This document shows, in pieces, positions 38,991-49,842 of a stretch of 64,000 nt of DNA. Under the pieces are notes generated by a model. That model did no database searches, was not told the origin of the DNA, and saw nothing but the letters and a program-made list of their open reading frames with translations. Position 1 is the stretch's first letter. Every line of letters begins with the position of its first letter. Source of the DNA: Lineus longissimus (taxonomy: Eukaryota); contig NC_088312.1 of NCBI RefSeq assembly GCF_910592395.1, positions 2,869,858 to 2,933,857 of the forward strand. Reading direction: 5' to 3'. The translations under genes were made by a program, and so were the position numbers.

Positions 38991-39089
38991 TATGGTGACA
39001 CCCCCCTCCACACTGCTGCCCGGTATGGTCATGCTGGCGTCACTCGCATTCTCATGAGTGCTCGTGCCCGGATCAACGAACAAAACAAG
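38991..39089 (+). CDS. ANKRD6: ANKRD6-like exon 6, 99 nt, YGDTPLHTAARYGHAGVTRILMSARARINEQNK
   Basis: ttccttccag|TAT acceptor and AAG|gtaaag donor. One ankyrin repeat. Confidence 0.8.
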
Positions 39090-39897
39090 GTAAAGTCACG
39101 CTTGCTGTAGATCCTTTGGGGGGGTGGGGGGTTTTGTCATGGTCATTGGGGAACATATTTCCTTGCTACTCGGGATTCTGAACAGGAAAGAAGTACCAAC
39201 TTCTCTAGTCAAGACCTTTCCATGTCAGACCAAGTGCGATGCACCTTTGGGTAGGTGGCAGCACTTCATAGACTAGAATCTTAATGAAAGTGATCGAGTT
39301 TACCATGAGTGCTTCAGGGAGCAGAACTGTCGTGTATTTGTCAAAAGATATGCAATATCGGTTTCTTTATTCTAAATTCATAAGTGCGTTAATAATTGAT
39401 AGTGAAAAATTTGAATAGAAGAATCAAATATCAATAGGTACACAGAGAACTTGTGTGTCAATAACTGATGGTCTACAAGTCCCTTTGTCCCTTATGTTGT
39501 TCTTTTCAATTGCCACCAGTGTAATCCAGCCTCTGTGGTTTGTATCACTGAGTCTCGGGATGTCGAGCTCTTTGTGGGTCAAGATGTATTTGGATTAGAT
39601 GTTGCATACCAATCATATTGACTCTGAAGTCTCTTTTGTGTGTGTGTTTGTATCATATGCAACTGGTATGCATTTAGAAGTTGTCTTTACTCATTTTGTC
39701 TGCAGAACAATTTTAGCGATTAGAATGGTCCCTTGTACAAACAGTCCTACTAAATTCATTAAAATCTTATGAAATTATTCGAAATAACAATGCAGTGGGA
39801 AAAATTGTGTATAAACACTTTAAAAATATTACGAGCAAATAGAAAATGAGAGTTATTGCCAAGCTATCATTGAGTTTTGTCACCATCGTGCAGGCCG

Positions 39898-41472
39898 TCA
39901 AAGCTTAGCATCAAAACTGTCATTGCTGTGTCCATCTATGTCCATTGCTTGTTCCTGCTCCTCATGATCTGTTTGCCACACTCCCTGGCTGTGGCACCAA
40001 TGTGGCTTATCTCTCCCTTTTGTGACTTGCTTCTTGATGACCGGTTTAGTGGGAACAGGAGGAGGAGCTGGTACGTTCCGTTTTTTCGGATTGATGTAGG
40101 CCGTCTGCTGTTCTGTTTGGATCATTCTGTCCAAGGGCAGTGTATCAGCGGAAATTTGCTTATCCGTGTCGAGAGGCTTGTCTAGAGTTACCGGCTGGCC
40201 CCAGAATATTGGTGCATGCTCTGGTGATGGGCTTGCTGACTGCTGTCTTTGTGGCCTATTTTGGTAGATTGGCCCCGGCTGTACAGGCGACACTGGTCTC
40301 TGGCACAAGGTTTCATCTTGATAAACACGTTTTGGGTATCCAGGTTGTGCTACCTTTGATTGGTTCATTGGGACAATGGGCACCGGCCTCTGCTGTACAG
40401 GCGACACCGGTCTCTGCTGTACAGGTGATGCCGGTCTCTGCTGTACAGGCGATGCTGGCCTCTGCTGTACTGGGTGCACTGGTCTCTGACACAAGGTTTC
40501 ATCTTGGTTAACAAGCTTTGAGTTCCCAGGTAACTCTCCCTTTGCTTGGTTCATCGGTACAATGATTGGAAGTACCAAGACTTGCTGCTTGTTTTTCTTC
40601 AAAGTGTTAATGGTTTTCTCATCCAGAATCAGCTGCCCCTTCCTTAGATCTGGATTTTCCCCGCTTTGAACTTGGTGTTCAGGTATAGATCTCGCGTCTT
40701 CGACCTCTTCACTCTGGATCGGGTCTGGATCTGTTATGACTGGTGCCTGTGCTTCTGTTGTTTTGATGATATTGGCTCCTGAAGGCTCTGGTACCATGAA
40801 AATGTTCGCACCTGACTTTGGCACAACAATATTCCGTTCTGTTGACTTTTGGTGTTTTTTCTCCATCAGAATTTTAAGGGTTTGACAATGTTTACAGCGG
40901 GGACATCCCATCTTATGCAACGTGACATTCCGTGAATAACAATTCAGGGCCTGCACGATTGTTATCAAAATCTCACAGCAAGCGAAGACAACATACAGAA
41001 TATCCAGTGCGATCTTTCCACGGGCAGCTTTTGAACTAACCGGTACAATCCTTGGGCAAAGTATTGTCGAGTCAGTGTCCGAGAGATCAAGCACGATGGC
41101 GATTCCTCCAAAAACGATGGCCGCTGCTGCTATCATACCTGCTAGAAAACAAAATGTGATAGTTGTCATCACATACTTGCGTCCTCCATGATAAACTGTC
41201 AATATTCCCAGGAGTCCTGCTATGATGAAAAACACACCGCCCCATATTCCTATGCATATGATACCCATGCAAGTGTTCAGAAAGAAACAGCCAAGTCCGA
41301 TGGCGATGAAGCATAATCCGAAAACGATTTGCATAACTCCACAATAGAGGGCGGTAGCTTCACTGAATCCATATTTCTCGGTACGATATTGGTAATATGG
41401 CGAAGAGAGGGGATTGGTTCCATCAGACCGGATGCTGTTCCCACGTCTGAATTGGAGAGTCTCGTACTCCAT
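39898..41472 (-). CDS. Intronless 524-aa four-transmembrane protein (CD20/MS4A/sarcospan-like topology) with a proline-rich tail containing tandem SPVQQRPA octapeptide repeats. Nested antisense in ANKRD6-like intron 6.
   Basis: Uninterrupted 1575-nt ORF. Four hydrophobic 22-29 aa segments (ALYCGVMQIVFGLCFIAIGLGCFFL; MGIICIGIWGGVFFIIAGLLGILTV; YVMTTITFCFLAGMIAAAAIVFGGIAIVL; IALDILYVVFACCEILITIVQAL) with a very short first loop. TM1 has the GxxQIxxGL CD20-like signature. The C-tail repeats are encoded by a 24-bp DNA repeat. Confidence 0.6.
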   Translation of the reverse strand: MEYETLQFRRGNSIRSDGTNPLSSPYYQYRTEKYGFSEATALYCGVMQIVFGLCFIAIGLGCFFLNTCMGIICIGIWGGVFFIIAGLLGILTVYHGGRKYVMTTITFCFLAGMIAAAAIVFGGIAIVLDLSDTDSTILCPRIVPVSSKAARGKIALDILYVVFACCEILITIVQALNCYSRNVTLHKMGCPRCKHCQTLKILMEKKHQKSTERNIVVPKSGANIFMVPEPSGANIIKTTEAQAPVITDPDPIQSEEVEDARSIPEHQVQSGENPDLRKGQLILDEKTINTLKKNKQQVLVLPIIVPMNQAKGELPGNSKLVNQDETLCQRPVHPVQQRPASPVQQRPASPVQQRPVSPVQQRPVPIVPMNQSKVAQPGYPKRVYQDETLCQRPVSPVQPGPIYQNRPQRQQSASPSPEHAPIFWGQPVTLDKPLDTDKQISADTLPLDRMIQTEQQTAYINPKKRNVPAPPPVPTKPVIKKQVTKGRDKPHWCHSQGVWQTDHEEQEQAMDIDGHSNDSFDAKL

Positions 41473-42148
41473 GTCATCTGTTTAGAATCAAATATGACTT
41501 TATTCTAGTTTAAGAAATCTGTTCAAGCTGTTGTATGCCTGACGAGAAAATGTCTTTTTGTGTGATACTACAATCAGGCCATCCAAAATTCATGATGGTT
41601 GACCTGTAGTGCTCTGGCTAACAACTGCGTCTGCTCCACACTTGATATGGTAGCTATGTTAGCGATACTGCCAAACTTGCTCATTTGTTGCTCGTCTGAG
41701 TGTAGACACGTAAAGCTTATCAAGCATGTAAAACTTAGTCATGTGAGCATACCGTTGCTATGGTTATAACACTTATTTGGGGTTGTTGAATTGACAAATT
41801 GTTTGGAAGCATTTGAAGTGGGTTGCCTAACATTTATTGCTGGGGTAGTATTGTCTATAGCTATTGTTTGTATGTGCTGTTGAAACTCTTTAGCAACTTC
41901 TATTGTGCTCAACATCAAAAAATATTGATCATAAATAATGAATTTCTGCACTTTTTCTGTGTGTAAAATCTCTGTTAGTGTAAGTGGGTTGCTATAACGA
42001 TGGTTCGAGGAAAGAGATTTTTGGAGGGTGTATTAGCCAAAAGTACCAAAAGTAACTAATAACTAGTAACAAAAAGTAACTCATTTTTGCTGTCAGTGCA
42101 GAAAAGCTGAAATTCCCCAACCGTCCTAACATTCATGTACCATTTCAG

Positions 42149-42247
42149 AACGGTGATACTGCTCTACATATTGCTGCAGCTCTCAAGAGACGAAAGATAA
42201 CGAAGCTTGTGGTTGAAGCAGGCATTGATCCCAACATCAGGAACAAG
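42149..42247 (+). CDS. ANKRD6: ANKRD6-like exon 7, 99 nt, NGDTALHIAAALKRRKITKLVVEAGIDPNIRNK
   Basis: catttcag|AAC acceptor and AAG|gtacgc donor. Intron 6 (39090..42148) contains a nested antisense gene. Confidence 0.8.
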
Positions 42248-42413
42248 GTACGCTGAATGAGGACATTTCTGATGCTCAACTTCTTTTGTGTTCTCTCTAT
42301 GCTCCAAGGAGTGTAACTAAGGACTTGTGTGCCACTACGGTTGGGGCCAGTTGGGTTTATTAGCCTAGTGACCTTGTCATAATCTAATCCATTGATCTCG
42401 ATTATTTTTGCAG

Positions 42414-42488
42414 CAAGGGGAAACTGCTGTTGATGTGGCTCGTAGGAAAGACCATGCAGAAGTCATCCAACTCATCTTGAAGCCAAAG
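42414..42488 (+). CDS. ANKRD6: ANKRD6-like exon 8, 75 nt, QGETAVDVARRKDHAEVIQLILKPK (C-terminal ankyrin half-repeat cap)
   Basis: tttttgcag|CAA acceptor and AAG|gtaaat donor. Resembles the Diversin [26 protein letters not shown] segment. Confidence 0.75.
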
Positions 42489-42757
42489 GTAAATAGTCAT
42501 CTTGTGCATCAGTATTTAGCAATATTGGGCTATCAAGAGAGTTACAGTGGAAACATCAGTACCTGTCACCTCTGAGATTCCAGCTTCAAGTCCCGGTCAA
42601 TTCTTGTATTCTCAGGTGATAGAGAGGGTAACTCTATTCAACAGCGTAGGTTTCCTCCTACATTACATATGCCCAAATATTGTCAAATATAGAGCTAAAC
42701 TGGTGCTTATGTGCTCTCCATTCGTTTTGTACCAATGTTGCCTTCTTGCATCACCAG

Positions 42758-42913
42758 GCTCGTCGCCGAGGGAAGAAAGACGACCTTGATGGGACTCGTA
42801 CGATCTCGGTGACCATGTCTGACCCAGACCTGATGGAGGACAAGGGACCAGAGGAGAAAGAGACCAAGAAGGCCAAGTTTCCATTCTTTCGGAAGAAGAA
42901 TAAGAAATCTAAG
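42758..42913 (+). CDS. ANKRD6: ANKRD6-like exon 9, 156 nt, basic/acidic linker ARRRGKKDDLDGTRTISVTMSDPDLMEDKGPEEKETKKAKFPFFRKKNKKSK
   Basis: tcaccag|GCT acceptor and AAG|gtttgt donor. In frame with the flanking exons. Confidence 0.7.
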
Positions 42914-43192
42914 GTTTGTTGTCAGTCTATTAACAAAGCTTTTCATCAGTAAACTATGATTAGCCGTTTTGTAATTCAATGATTAAGTTGTCAAGGAAGG
43001 CCTGCCGGCAGTGTAACATGTATGGTGTCTGTATAAGGACATTAAGAGAGTCTTGTGATGTGTGTAAGACATGTCAAACTAACATAATAACAGCCCTTGC
43101 CAAGTCTGTATTCAGTAAGTACATGTAAATAGTTATGACTCAAACTATCTATTCCAAGGGCAATCTGGTAAAAGAGTAGTTAAATTTTTCAG

Positions 43193-43420
43193 GCGAAGGT
43201 GAAATCCTCTCCTGGTCCAACTCCACCACAGCGTGTCCCACCGCAGGGTGGTCCAGGCCAGACTCCATCACCTCACCAAGCTAGCCCAGCAGCACAAGCC
43301 CAGCAGGGACAACCAGGTCGGCCTGGACAACGTGGTCGGCCCACTGTTGGATTCTTCAACCAGTATGTGCCCAGACCAGGTGTCCAGTACTACAGAGATC
43401 TTGCTGGTAATGTCAAACAG
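43193..43420 (+). CDS. ANKRD6: ANKRD6-like exon 10, 228 nt, P/Q/G-rich (AKVKSSPGPTPPQRVPPQGGPGQ...YYRDLAGNVKQ)
   Basis: aatttttcag|GCG acceptor and CAG|gtaagc donor. Phase 0. Confidence 0.7.
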
Positions 43421-43578
43421 GTAAGCTCAATTCAGTGCTCGGAATAGTTTCATAAAAGTGATTTTAAGAGCCAAATGCATGATAACTATCATCTTCAGCA
43501 GTCATTTCCAACTAGCCTCTTACTGTTGAATCTGTTCTTTGAAGAGTTAAGATATTCAAACAAGTTATCTCTTCTCAG

Positions 43579-45864
43579 CTGGTGTCTTATTCATCTGACG
43601 TACTTTTCCAGGGTCCTGTAGGCTTTGCCCCAGTCTGCCAATGTACGCCCGCCTTGAAACAATTCGAGCAGAGGATCGAGAACGATAACCGTAATGTCTA
43701 CAATCACGTTGAAGTTGCTCGGAAGATGTTGACAGAAAGAATAGACATGCTTGATCATAGAGGGCAGCAGCAGATGTTCCAGGTCGGCGATATGTTCGAA
43801 GAGGATGAGGAAGCATGTCGGGAACGTATTCACCAACGCAGTTTGGAGGATCGTCAATACCAGGAGCAGTTTGTTGAAGATTACTCTGATGGTCTGAAGA
43901 ATGAGTTGAAAACGTGGACAGCAGATCGCATGAAGTCGCTGGAGCGGCGGGTCGTGAAAGGCCATCACCATGACGATGCTGATTGGACACACGGACGGCC
44001 ACATAAATCTGGTGGGATGGTGCAGTCGTTAAATTACAACAATATTGTCGAAGGACGTCTGTACCGAGCACGATCAGACGAGACATTGTCGGTTTCCGAA
44101 TACAATCAGAAGCAAAAGACAGAGCGGGAAATGGCACACCAGGTGGCGCTGAGAGAATTACGTTCTATGCAGCGCTCACGGGCAGCTAGAGATGATCGTA
44201 GGAGGGATAGGAAACCGCCACAGCGGAAGGAACCGGCAATGGTTAAGGTGCAGTTTGAGCATGACAACATGCGTAGAGTGCAGTCTGCTGGACGGGAACC
44301 GGTTATAGGGAGAGAGCAAGTATCTGATACGATTCACCGGTCTCAGTCTGCGGGGCGGGAAATACCGTCAGGGAGGGATATGATGCAGTCAACTGGACGA
44401 GAACCTATGCATCAGATGGCCCAGGAGAGGGAACGAGTTCCTGGGAGAGACTATGTTCAAGTAAAACCTCATCCTGATCAGTTCAGGAGAGGTTCTGTCC
44501 CTGATCAATTCGGTCGGAGAGGATCAAATTCAGATCAGTTCGGTCGGGGAGAAGCTAACCCATCAAGGGAGAGGGTTCAAGTGAGGGAGCACAGCTTATC
44601 AAGGGATCAGTATTTGAGGAATAATACACCTCAGAGAGAGTATCCTGAGCGACGAGGATCTGTTCCGGTGCTGGATCATTTATATCCAAGAGACATGCCT
44701 CCAAAAAATGAAAAACATTTTAACCAAGAGAGAATTTTTGATGGCCAGGAGCAAAAATTTTCTCCATTACGGACTAGCCCGGATGGGCATAACTTTCGGC
44801 CAACCTCATTTTCTGAGGGCACCAGTGGTGACTTGAGAATGATAAACAGAACTGAATTCTATTCACCACGAAAAGTGCATTCGCAGGATGAATTGTCCCC
44901 GAAGAAGAATCAGGGACAAGAAGCAAGGCCTGATTTAAGTGCTAAAAGTTCACCAAATGTTAGTAATCCACCGAATGTGCCACTGAAAACACTTGATCCA
45001 AATCTGCTTCAAAGGTTTGAAAAGATGGACACAAATGGTAATGTGCATGTTGTGCATCCAAGGCAAGGCCTTCCTTATGATAGAGACAATTATTACGACA
45101 ATCGGTCACCGGGACATATTCAGGAGAAGACTGTTGCTAGGGCTCCACCTGTTGCTAATGAGGGCCATAAATCTGATCCGAATCTCCTTGATGTAACGAA
45201 ACAAAACACCAGTTTCAATAAGAACAGTAGCTTTAGAGACAACAGTTATAACAATAACGATGGTTACAAAAATAACGGTCATATTCAGATTGGAAGTCAT
45301 AATGGTGCAAACAGTAGCCGCAGTGCTAACAGTAGCTATAGTGACAGTTTTAACAATAGCGGAAACTATTATCATGTGCAGCATTCCACTGCTAATTACG
45401 ATAACCACAACCATAGTGGTAGCGAACCGTCCTATGCTTACATCGTCCCAAAACAGCATCAGAAAACAGACTCTGGTAGTAACCCAGATTCTGGGTACAG
45501 CAGTAAGATATACGGTGGAAAGGTCCAGCCCACTCCGAGACAAAATGGATCTGGGAGCCCGAATACCCCGGGTTCAACTTGTAGTACTGGTCATAATATT
45601 TCAAGCATCACATCAACGTCCATCTCGACTGATCAGAGCTTTCCCAGCGCCCACAGCTCGCCCGTTTCATGTGCCTCGGACAATGAGTCGAATCAGCGAC
45701 AGTATTATGAACGCGTTTCGCAGGAGATGAATCGTTATTATCAGCGACGGGGCGTTCCGCAGCACCCACCTGCAAGGAATGATGGACGATTACAGTTTGT
45801 GAATCCAGGGCAAAGACCCAACGTTGAGAGAAAACTAGAGCCTGTTACTGCCACTGATGTGTGA
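43579..45864 (+). CDS. ANKRD6: ANKRD6-like terminal exon, ~760 codons to TGA at 45862..45864. Low-complexity, S/N/R/Q/G-rich and predicted disordered.
   Basis: ctcttctcag|CTG acceptor at 43578. An alternative in-frame acceptor, ttttccag|GGT, lies at 43611. A single 2.28-kb ORF follows with no internal stops. Confidence 0.7.
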   Translation: MVSYSSDVLFQGPVGFAPVCQCTPALKQFEQRIENDNRNVYNHVEVARKMLTERIDMLDHRGQQQMFQVGDMFEEDEEACRERIHQRSLEDRQYQEQFVEDYSDGLKNELKTWTADRMKSLERRVVKGHHHDDADWTHGRPHKSGGMVQSLNYNNIVEGRLYRARSDETLSVSEYNQKQKTEREMAHQVALRELRSMQRSRAARDDRRRDRKPPQRKEPAMVKVQFEHDNMRRVQSAGREPVIGREQVSDTIHRSQSAGREIPSGRDMMQSTGREPMHQMAQERERVPGRDYVQVKPHPDQFRRGSVPDQFGRRGSNSDQFGRGEANPSRERVQVREHSLSRDQYLRNNTPQREYPERRGSVPVLDHLYPRDMPPKNEKHFNQERIFDGQEQKFSPLRTSPDGHNFRPTSFSEGTSGDLRMINRTEFYSPRKVHSQDELSPKKNQGQEARPDLSAKSSPNVSNPPNVPLKTLDPNLLQRFEKMDTNGNVHVVHPRQGLPYDRDNYYDNRSPGHIQEKTVARAPPVANEGHKSDPNLLDVTKQNTSFNKNSSFRDNSYNNNDGYKNNGHIQIGSHNGANSSRSANSSYSDSFNNSGNYYHVQHSTANYDNHNHSGSEPSYAYIVPKQHQKTDSGSNPDSGYSSKIYGGKVQPTPRQNGSGSPNTPGSTCSTGHNISSITSTSISTDQSFPSAHSSPVSCASDNESNQRQYYERVSQEMNRYYQRRGVPQHPPARNDGRLQFVNPGQRPNVERKLEPVTATDV

Positions 45865-48056
45865 GAGACTTGAGATTGAAAGAAATCGCTATCTTTTCAA
45901 ATTTGAATAAGATTGTTTAAATTATATATTTTTGATGATTGTCTAATGCATTTCAAATTTGGGGAAGGGGATATTTCACTAATATCTGATGTCAAACAGG
46001 AACTTGTTTATCATATTTTGGTGATTTATTTATAACTTCTGTCAAAAAGCTCATTCTTGACTGGACAGTTTGAAAAATAGGCAGCGGGTCTCAAGCTGCT
46101 AAGTGAAATATTGGGATGCTTGATTCCTTCTTATGAAGGTGTACATTGATGCAGAATGAATTTCATTGTATGAATTCAAGTTGTCTTACTTTTGTAAGTC
46201 ATCAAGATTTTTCTCCCTTGGAGTGCTGTAAAATATACATAATGTCTATATCCTATATATTTTATAACACTAGACCTGTATGGTGTGCATGTCCTAGTGT
46301 ATTGTTACTGGAAGCTGTTATAAGTTTTTGATACTGTATTTGGATTGTATTTATTCCACACTTTGTACATATTTCCTGATACTTGCATTCCGCCCAATGT
46401 CAATGTGTTGACATTTGAATATCAACAGCCCATGAAGAAATTGTTTTGACCAAATCTGATTGGTACTGCCTGTACCCTTTATTGCTTAGAACCAGTCAGT
46501 TGATTGGGCAGTATGGCAAAATATTCTCAGTCACCTCCATATCAGTAAGTTTATCGACCTTTAGTTCCCTCCCATAGCATAATGTGCACATTATTTATAT
46601 GACATGACGGGTAGAATATAATTTCAACCACAGTGTAAATCTTAGTATGGAACCCCAGATGGACTCACTGAAGTATTTCAGTATGTAGAATTTGTAAATA
46701 TTCCTTATTAATGATATGTACATTCTTGTAGACAAGCATTAATGGCTGCCATTGATATCATTTCGAAATGTAAGGGCCCTTTATCTTTGAAAGCATGACT
46801 CCTTAAAAGGACTATAGGCGGGAGCTTGGGGTGGTCGAGTCGGTGGTCAAACATAGTAGATACCAATTGGCAACTTTGTGAAACTTTTTCATGGCCACCT
46901 AGCTCTAGCCTATAATCTGTGTAAATCTTGGAGCTCTGTGCAAGTTCAGTCCACAGTTGAACCGTCCTCTTTTCATTTTTTCTGGCCTTGTATTGACCTT
47001 TCGGCATTGGAATTGATTTGTCCGAGCCTTGCACCTGAAGGACCGCGCAAACAAACCGTTTAAAATGCTGCAACCAGTGATTACTATCTGCTTTTCGAGA
47101 CAAAAATATCTCTCACCATCGCGGCTCCTCAGTTGAACCGGAGACCTTGGACATTAAGATTGAGCAGTGGAGGGACAGACAAAGAATGATAGCATTGTAG
47201 TGACATTGTCCTTGCAGCATTCCCGTTTACATTTTATAGTTGCGAGTTTTGATTTATCCGGTACTTCAGCCATTCCGTTTTTATCACGAGACATTGAGCG
47301 AGTCTTGTTGGCTCATTATGCAGCCAGTTCATTGTTCCTGTTATTTATTATTATTCTTAGCAAATGAAATAAAAGCTTTCAGATGACTCCAGTTTTTTTC
47401 CTGTTTCTTGTAATAAATGAGCATATTACCTCCAAAGCCTGCAAGCAGGCATGGAAGAGGCTACAGAGGCAATATATACCGCTGGAAGTTCAGTATGGGC
47501 CCAAGGGGCTGACACTTTGCTTCCTGCCCCAAGATAATGAAGGCAACAATATTTCAAACAATATGAGTTTATTATTAACAATACAAAATTTTTCTGACCA
47601 GATCTACATGGCTGGACGAGCATTTTAGAAACAAGTTGTTCAGCAGTCTCATTCTTGCAAGAACGAAACCGCTGCTGCTAGGGTCCTTGATCTTCACATA
47701 TACTCGATCCTCATCTACATGTTACCAGGGAAGGAGACTATTGAGGAAGACTTCCCAGGATGACAGGAGAATGCTTAAGACATCGTTAGCCGCAAATTTT
47801 TGGCGCCTTTTAAATTTTTCAATTTCATTTTATCACAATACTGCATAATGTAGCATCTAGCGAGCAGGAGGTCACAGGTCGTTATGTGGAGGGTTTCTTG
47901 AACTGAAACAAATAGAGTAGAGCGTACATGAATCATAATGTTTATTTATTTTTCATTTCATTGTGCTGCTGAAGCTTCCATGAAATAGTAAACTGAAAGA
48001 TAAAATCTTGGAGAGAGATTGCTGCCTAGTCTTTGTCATTACATTTCTAAAACTTT

Positions 48057-48191
48057 CTATAGAATATAATCCATATAATCTGTCCTCACCTCGATCATAT
48101 CAAAATGATGATTGTGCACATGCATCAAGTGAGATGGTTCCTTCAGGTCGGAGAGTTCACCCTTATAGAACATCTGGTAGGCGGTCAGCAT
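48057..48191 (-). CDS. Macro-domain protein putative terminal exon (MLTAYQMFYKGELSDLKEPSHLMHVHNHHFDMIEVRTDYMDYIL*)
   Basis: ttctctttcag|ATG acceptor, in frame to a TAG stop. An internal gtgagg site could be an alternative donor, so the true 3' end is uncertain. Confidence 0.35.
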   Translation of the reverse strand: MLTAYQMFYKGELSDLKEPSHLMHVHNHHFDMIEVRTDYMDYIL

Positions 48192-48350
48192 CTGAAAGAG
48201 AAATTAGAACATCTAAATATAAAATTTTACATATTCAAATTATCCCAAAATCAAATTATGCCAAAAAAAACTCACTTTCCGATAGTCTTTTCTGGGGTTT
48301 CAAGTAGATCCTACAAAGTAATCATTTGAACTTGTTCTTACATACTGTAC

Positions 48351-48463
48351 CTGGTATGCACATCTGTCTGCAGGCATCTTGCCCACAGCTGTCCCAAGTC
48401 CGGGGCATAGCACACTTCGAATTTTTTCCTGGTTGTCCTTGAGGTTGGCATTGTGTTTATTCA
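48351..48463 (-). CDS. Macro-domain protein exon 6 (V NKHNANLKDNQEKIRSVLCPGLGTAVGKMPADRCAYQ)
   Basis: cctcctcag|TG acceptor and CAG|gtacag donor. The PGLGTAVGKMP segment resembles the macro-domain second glycine loop. Confidence 0.5.
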
Positions 48464-48717
48464 CTGAGGAGGAAATGATAAGGAGATGGATACAAGAAAG
48501 TCTGGGCATGTCGGTTAAAGTGTTTCGAGATAATGCAGACCCACGGCAGTTCTAGGATGCATTTATAATATAGACAAACTCTCAATAAGTTGTTTCTGCA
48601 CATTCCTGATGTGCCCTCAATATACAGGAAGTATGATTTTTGTGATTTTGTGAAGGCCAGCCCAGGAATAACTTGAAACTCCTCCAGAAGGATACCTTCA
48701 TAGTAAGCTTAACTTAC

Positions 48718-48892
48718 CTGCTAAAATAACTGCCTTAAATGCCAAAAAAGCATTGGCCGTCTCCGACACATTTAGAGGTACTCTCATGGTTGGTGCACAG
48801 ATAAGATACTTTATCATTTGTCCCTGGTTGTACTGGGACCAGTCATCCCCTTCTGGTTCCCCTTCAAAAGTGGGTATGATGACTGCTTGACC
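48718..48892 (-). CDS. Macro-domain protein exon 5 (GQAVIIPTFEGEPEGDDWSQYNQGQMIKYLICAPTMRVPLNVSETANAFLAFKAVILA + 1 nt)
   Basis: aattcaag|GGT acceptor and G|gtaagt donor. 175 nt in frame. Confidence 0.5.
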
Positions 48893-49085
48893 CTTGAATT
48901 AAACACATCAGCAATGAGTTGGTTGAGATTGTCTTCTGTTATCAAATGACAAGTCGAGCTTTGGCCAATTTCAGAGTTAGTTTAACGAGGCATATCACAA
49001 CACTGCTGTAGTCGGCTGTTTTGCTATTGAAGGCTGATGCTCCAGAAAGATTGTGACCAGGACTAACTAAATGTGTCATACATAC

Positions 49086-49140
49086 CACAAGAACTTCTCC
49101 ATCGTAGTCTTTTCTAATCACTTTTTGAAGACGCTCAGAC
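49086..49140 (-). CDS. Macro-domain protein exon 4 (L SERLQKVIRKDYDGEVLV)
   Basis: ttgttag|G acceptor and GTG|gtatgt donor. Phase-consistent with the neighbouring exons. Confidence 0.5.
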
Positions 49141-49316
49141 CTAACAACAGAAAACAAATGCAAAAGGACTTGAAAAATCTGTAAGTGGCGGATAAGTTTG
49201 GATGATTGGAGTGTTACTTGGAACTATGCTGCCACATATTATAATGACAGGATACAGATTGGTTTAAGTGATTGAACAGATTTTCCAGAGTGTGTGCTAT
49301 TCCGAGTTTAACTTAC

Positions 49317-49393
49317 AGCTGCCATCCAAAATGTCTTGTATATGCCATGTCTATACCTCCATCCATGAACCCAAAACTATTGGCTGGAGATAC
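49317..49393 (-). CDS. Macro-domain protein exon 3 (VSPANSFGFMDGGIDMAYTRHFGWQ + 2 nt)
   Basis: cattccag|GTA acceptor and CT|gtaagt donor. The PANS..GGID segment corresponds to the macro-domain N(A)ANxxLxxGGGVD motif. Confidence 0.6.
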
Positions 49394-49634
49394 CTGGAAT
49401 GATCAAATGCATATGTCAGGGATGAGGAAGGGGGATTCACCAACTGCAGCAGGTCGATTATATGACAGAGTAGGGCATATTTCAGTCTATAAGGTGCATC
49501 ATCAACAAAGATGTGAAGACCATATCTTCCGAGGTTTCGTCCTTTGTAGATGCAGTTTTGTCTCTTATCACTCCAATAACTCATCTTTCCCGATGGGATG
49601 GGGGATGGGGCAGGTTAGCTATCTGAATACTTAC

Positions 49635-49682
49635 AATTGCATCAGCTGCTGGTCCATCTTTGAAGATGTCTCCCTTATGAAC
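49635..49682 (-). CDS. Macro-domain protein exon 2 (VHKGDIFKDGPAADAI)
   Basis: tttcccag|GTT acceptor and ATT|gtaagt donor. Contains the GDI..ADAIV macro-domain start. Confidence 0.6.
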
Positions 49683-49842
49683 CTGGGAAATAAAATGAAG
49701 GCTTGGTTACACTTAGAGAGTGGAGTTGGAGACCATCTTGGCCAGAATATCCCACCAATCTTGTCTTGATCTGAGCACAGTTAAGTGTGTAACCCAAGAC
49801 CCAGTGTCACATATCGTTTAGTAGAGTTACTCTGGCACCTAC

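Noticed and set aside
40140-40511. Plus-strand 123-aa ORF inside the nested gene
   Set aside because: It is the antisense frame of the 4-TM ORF's proline-repeat region, kept open by the 24-bp repeat. It has no independent support.
43565-44137. Minus-strand ORFs (190 aa and 137 aa) overlapping the large ankyrin terminal exon, and 45106..45543(-)
   Set aside because: These are antisense to a well-supported 760-codon sense ORF. Their open frames are a side-effect of low-complexity coding sequence.
46708-47103. 131-aa minus-strand ORF downstream of the ankyrin gene stop
   Set aside because: It lies in the probable 3'UTR or flank of the ankyrin gene on the opposite strand. There are no recognisable domains or splice context.
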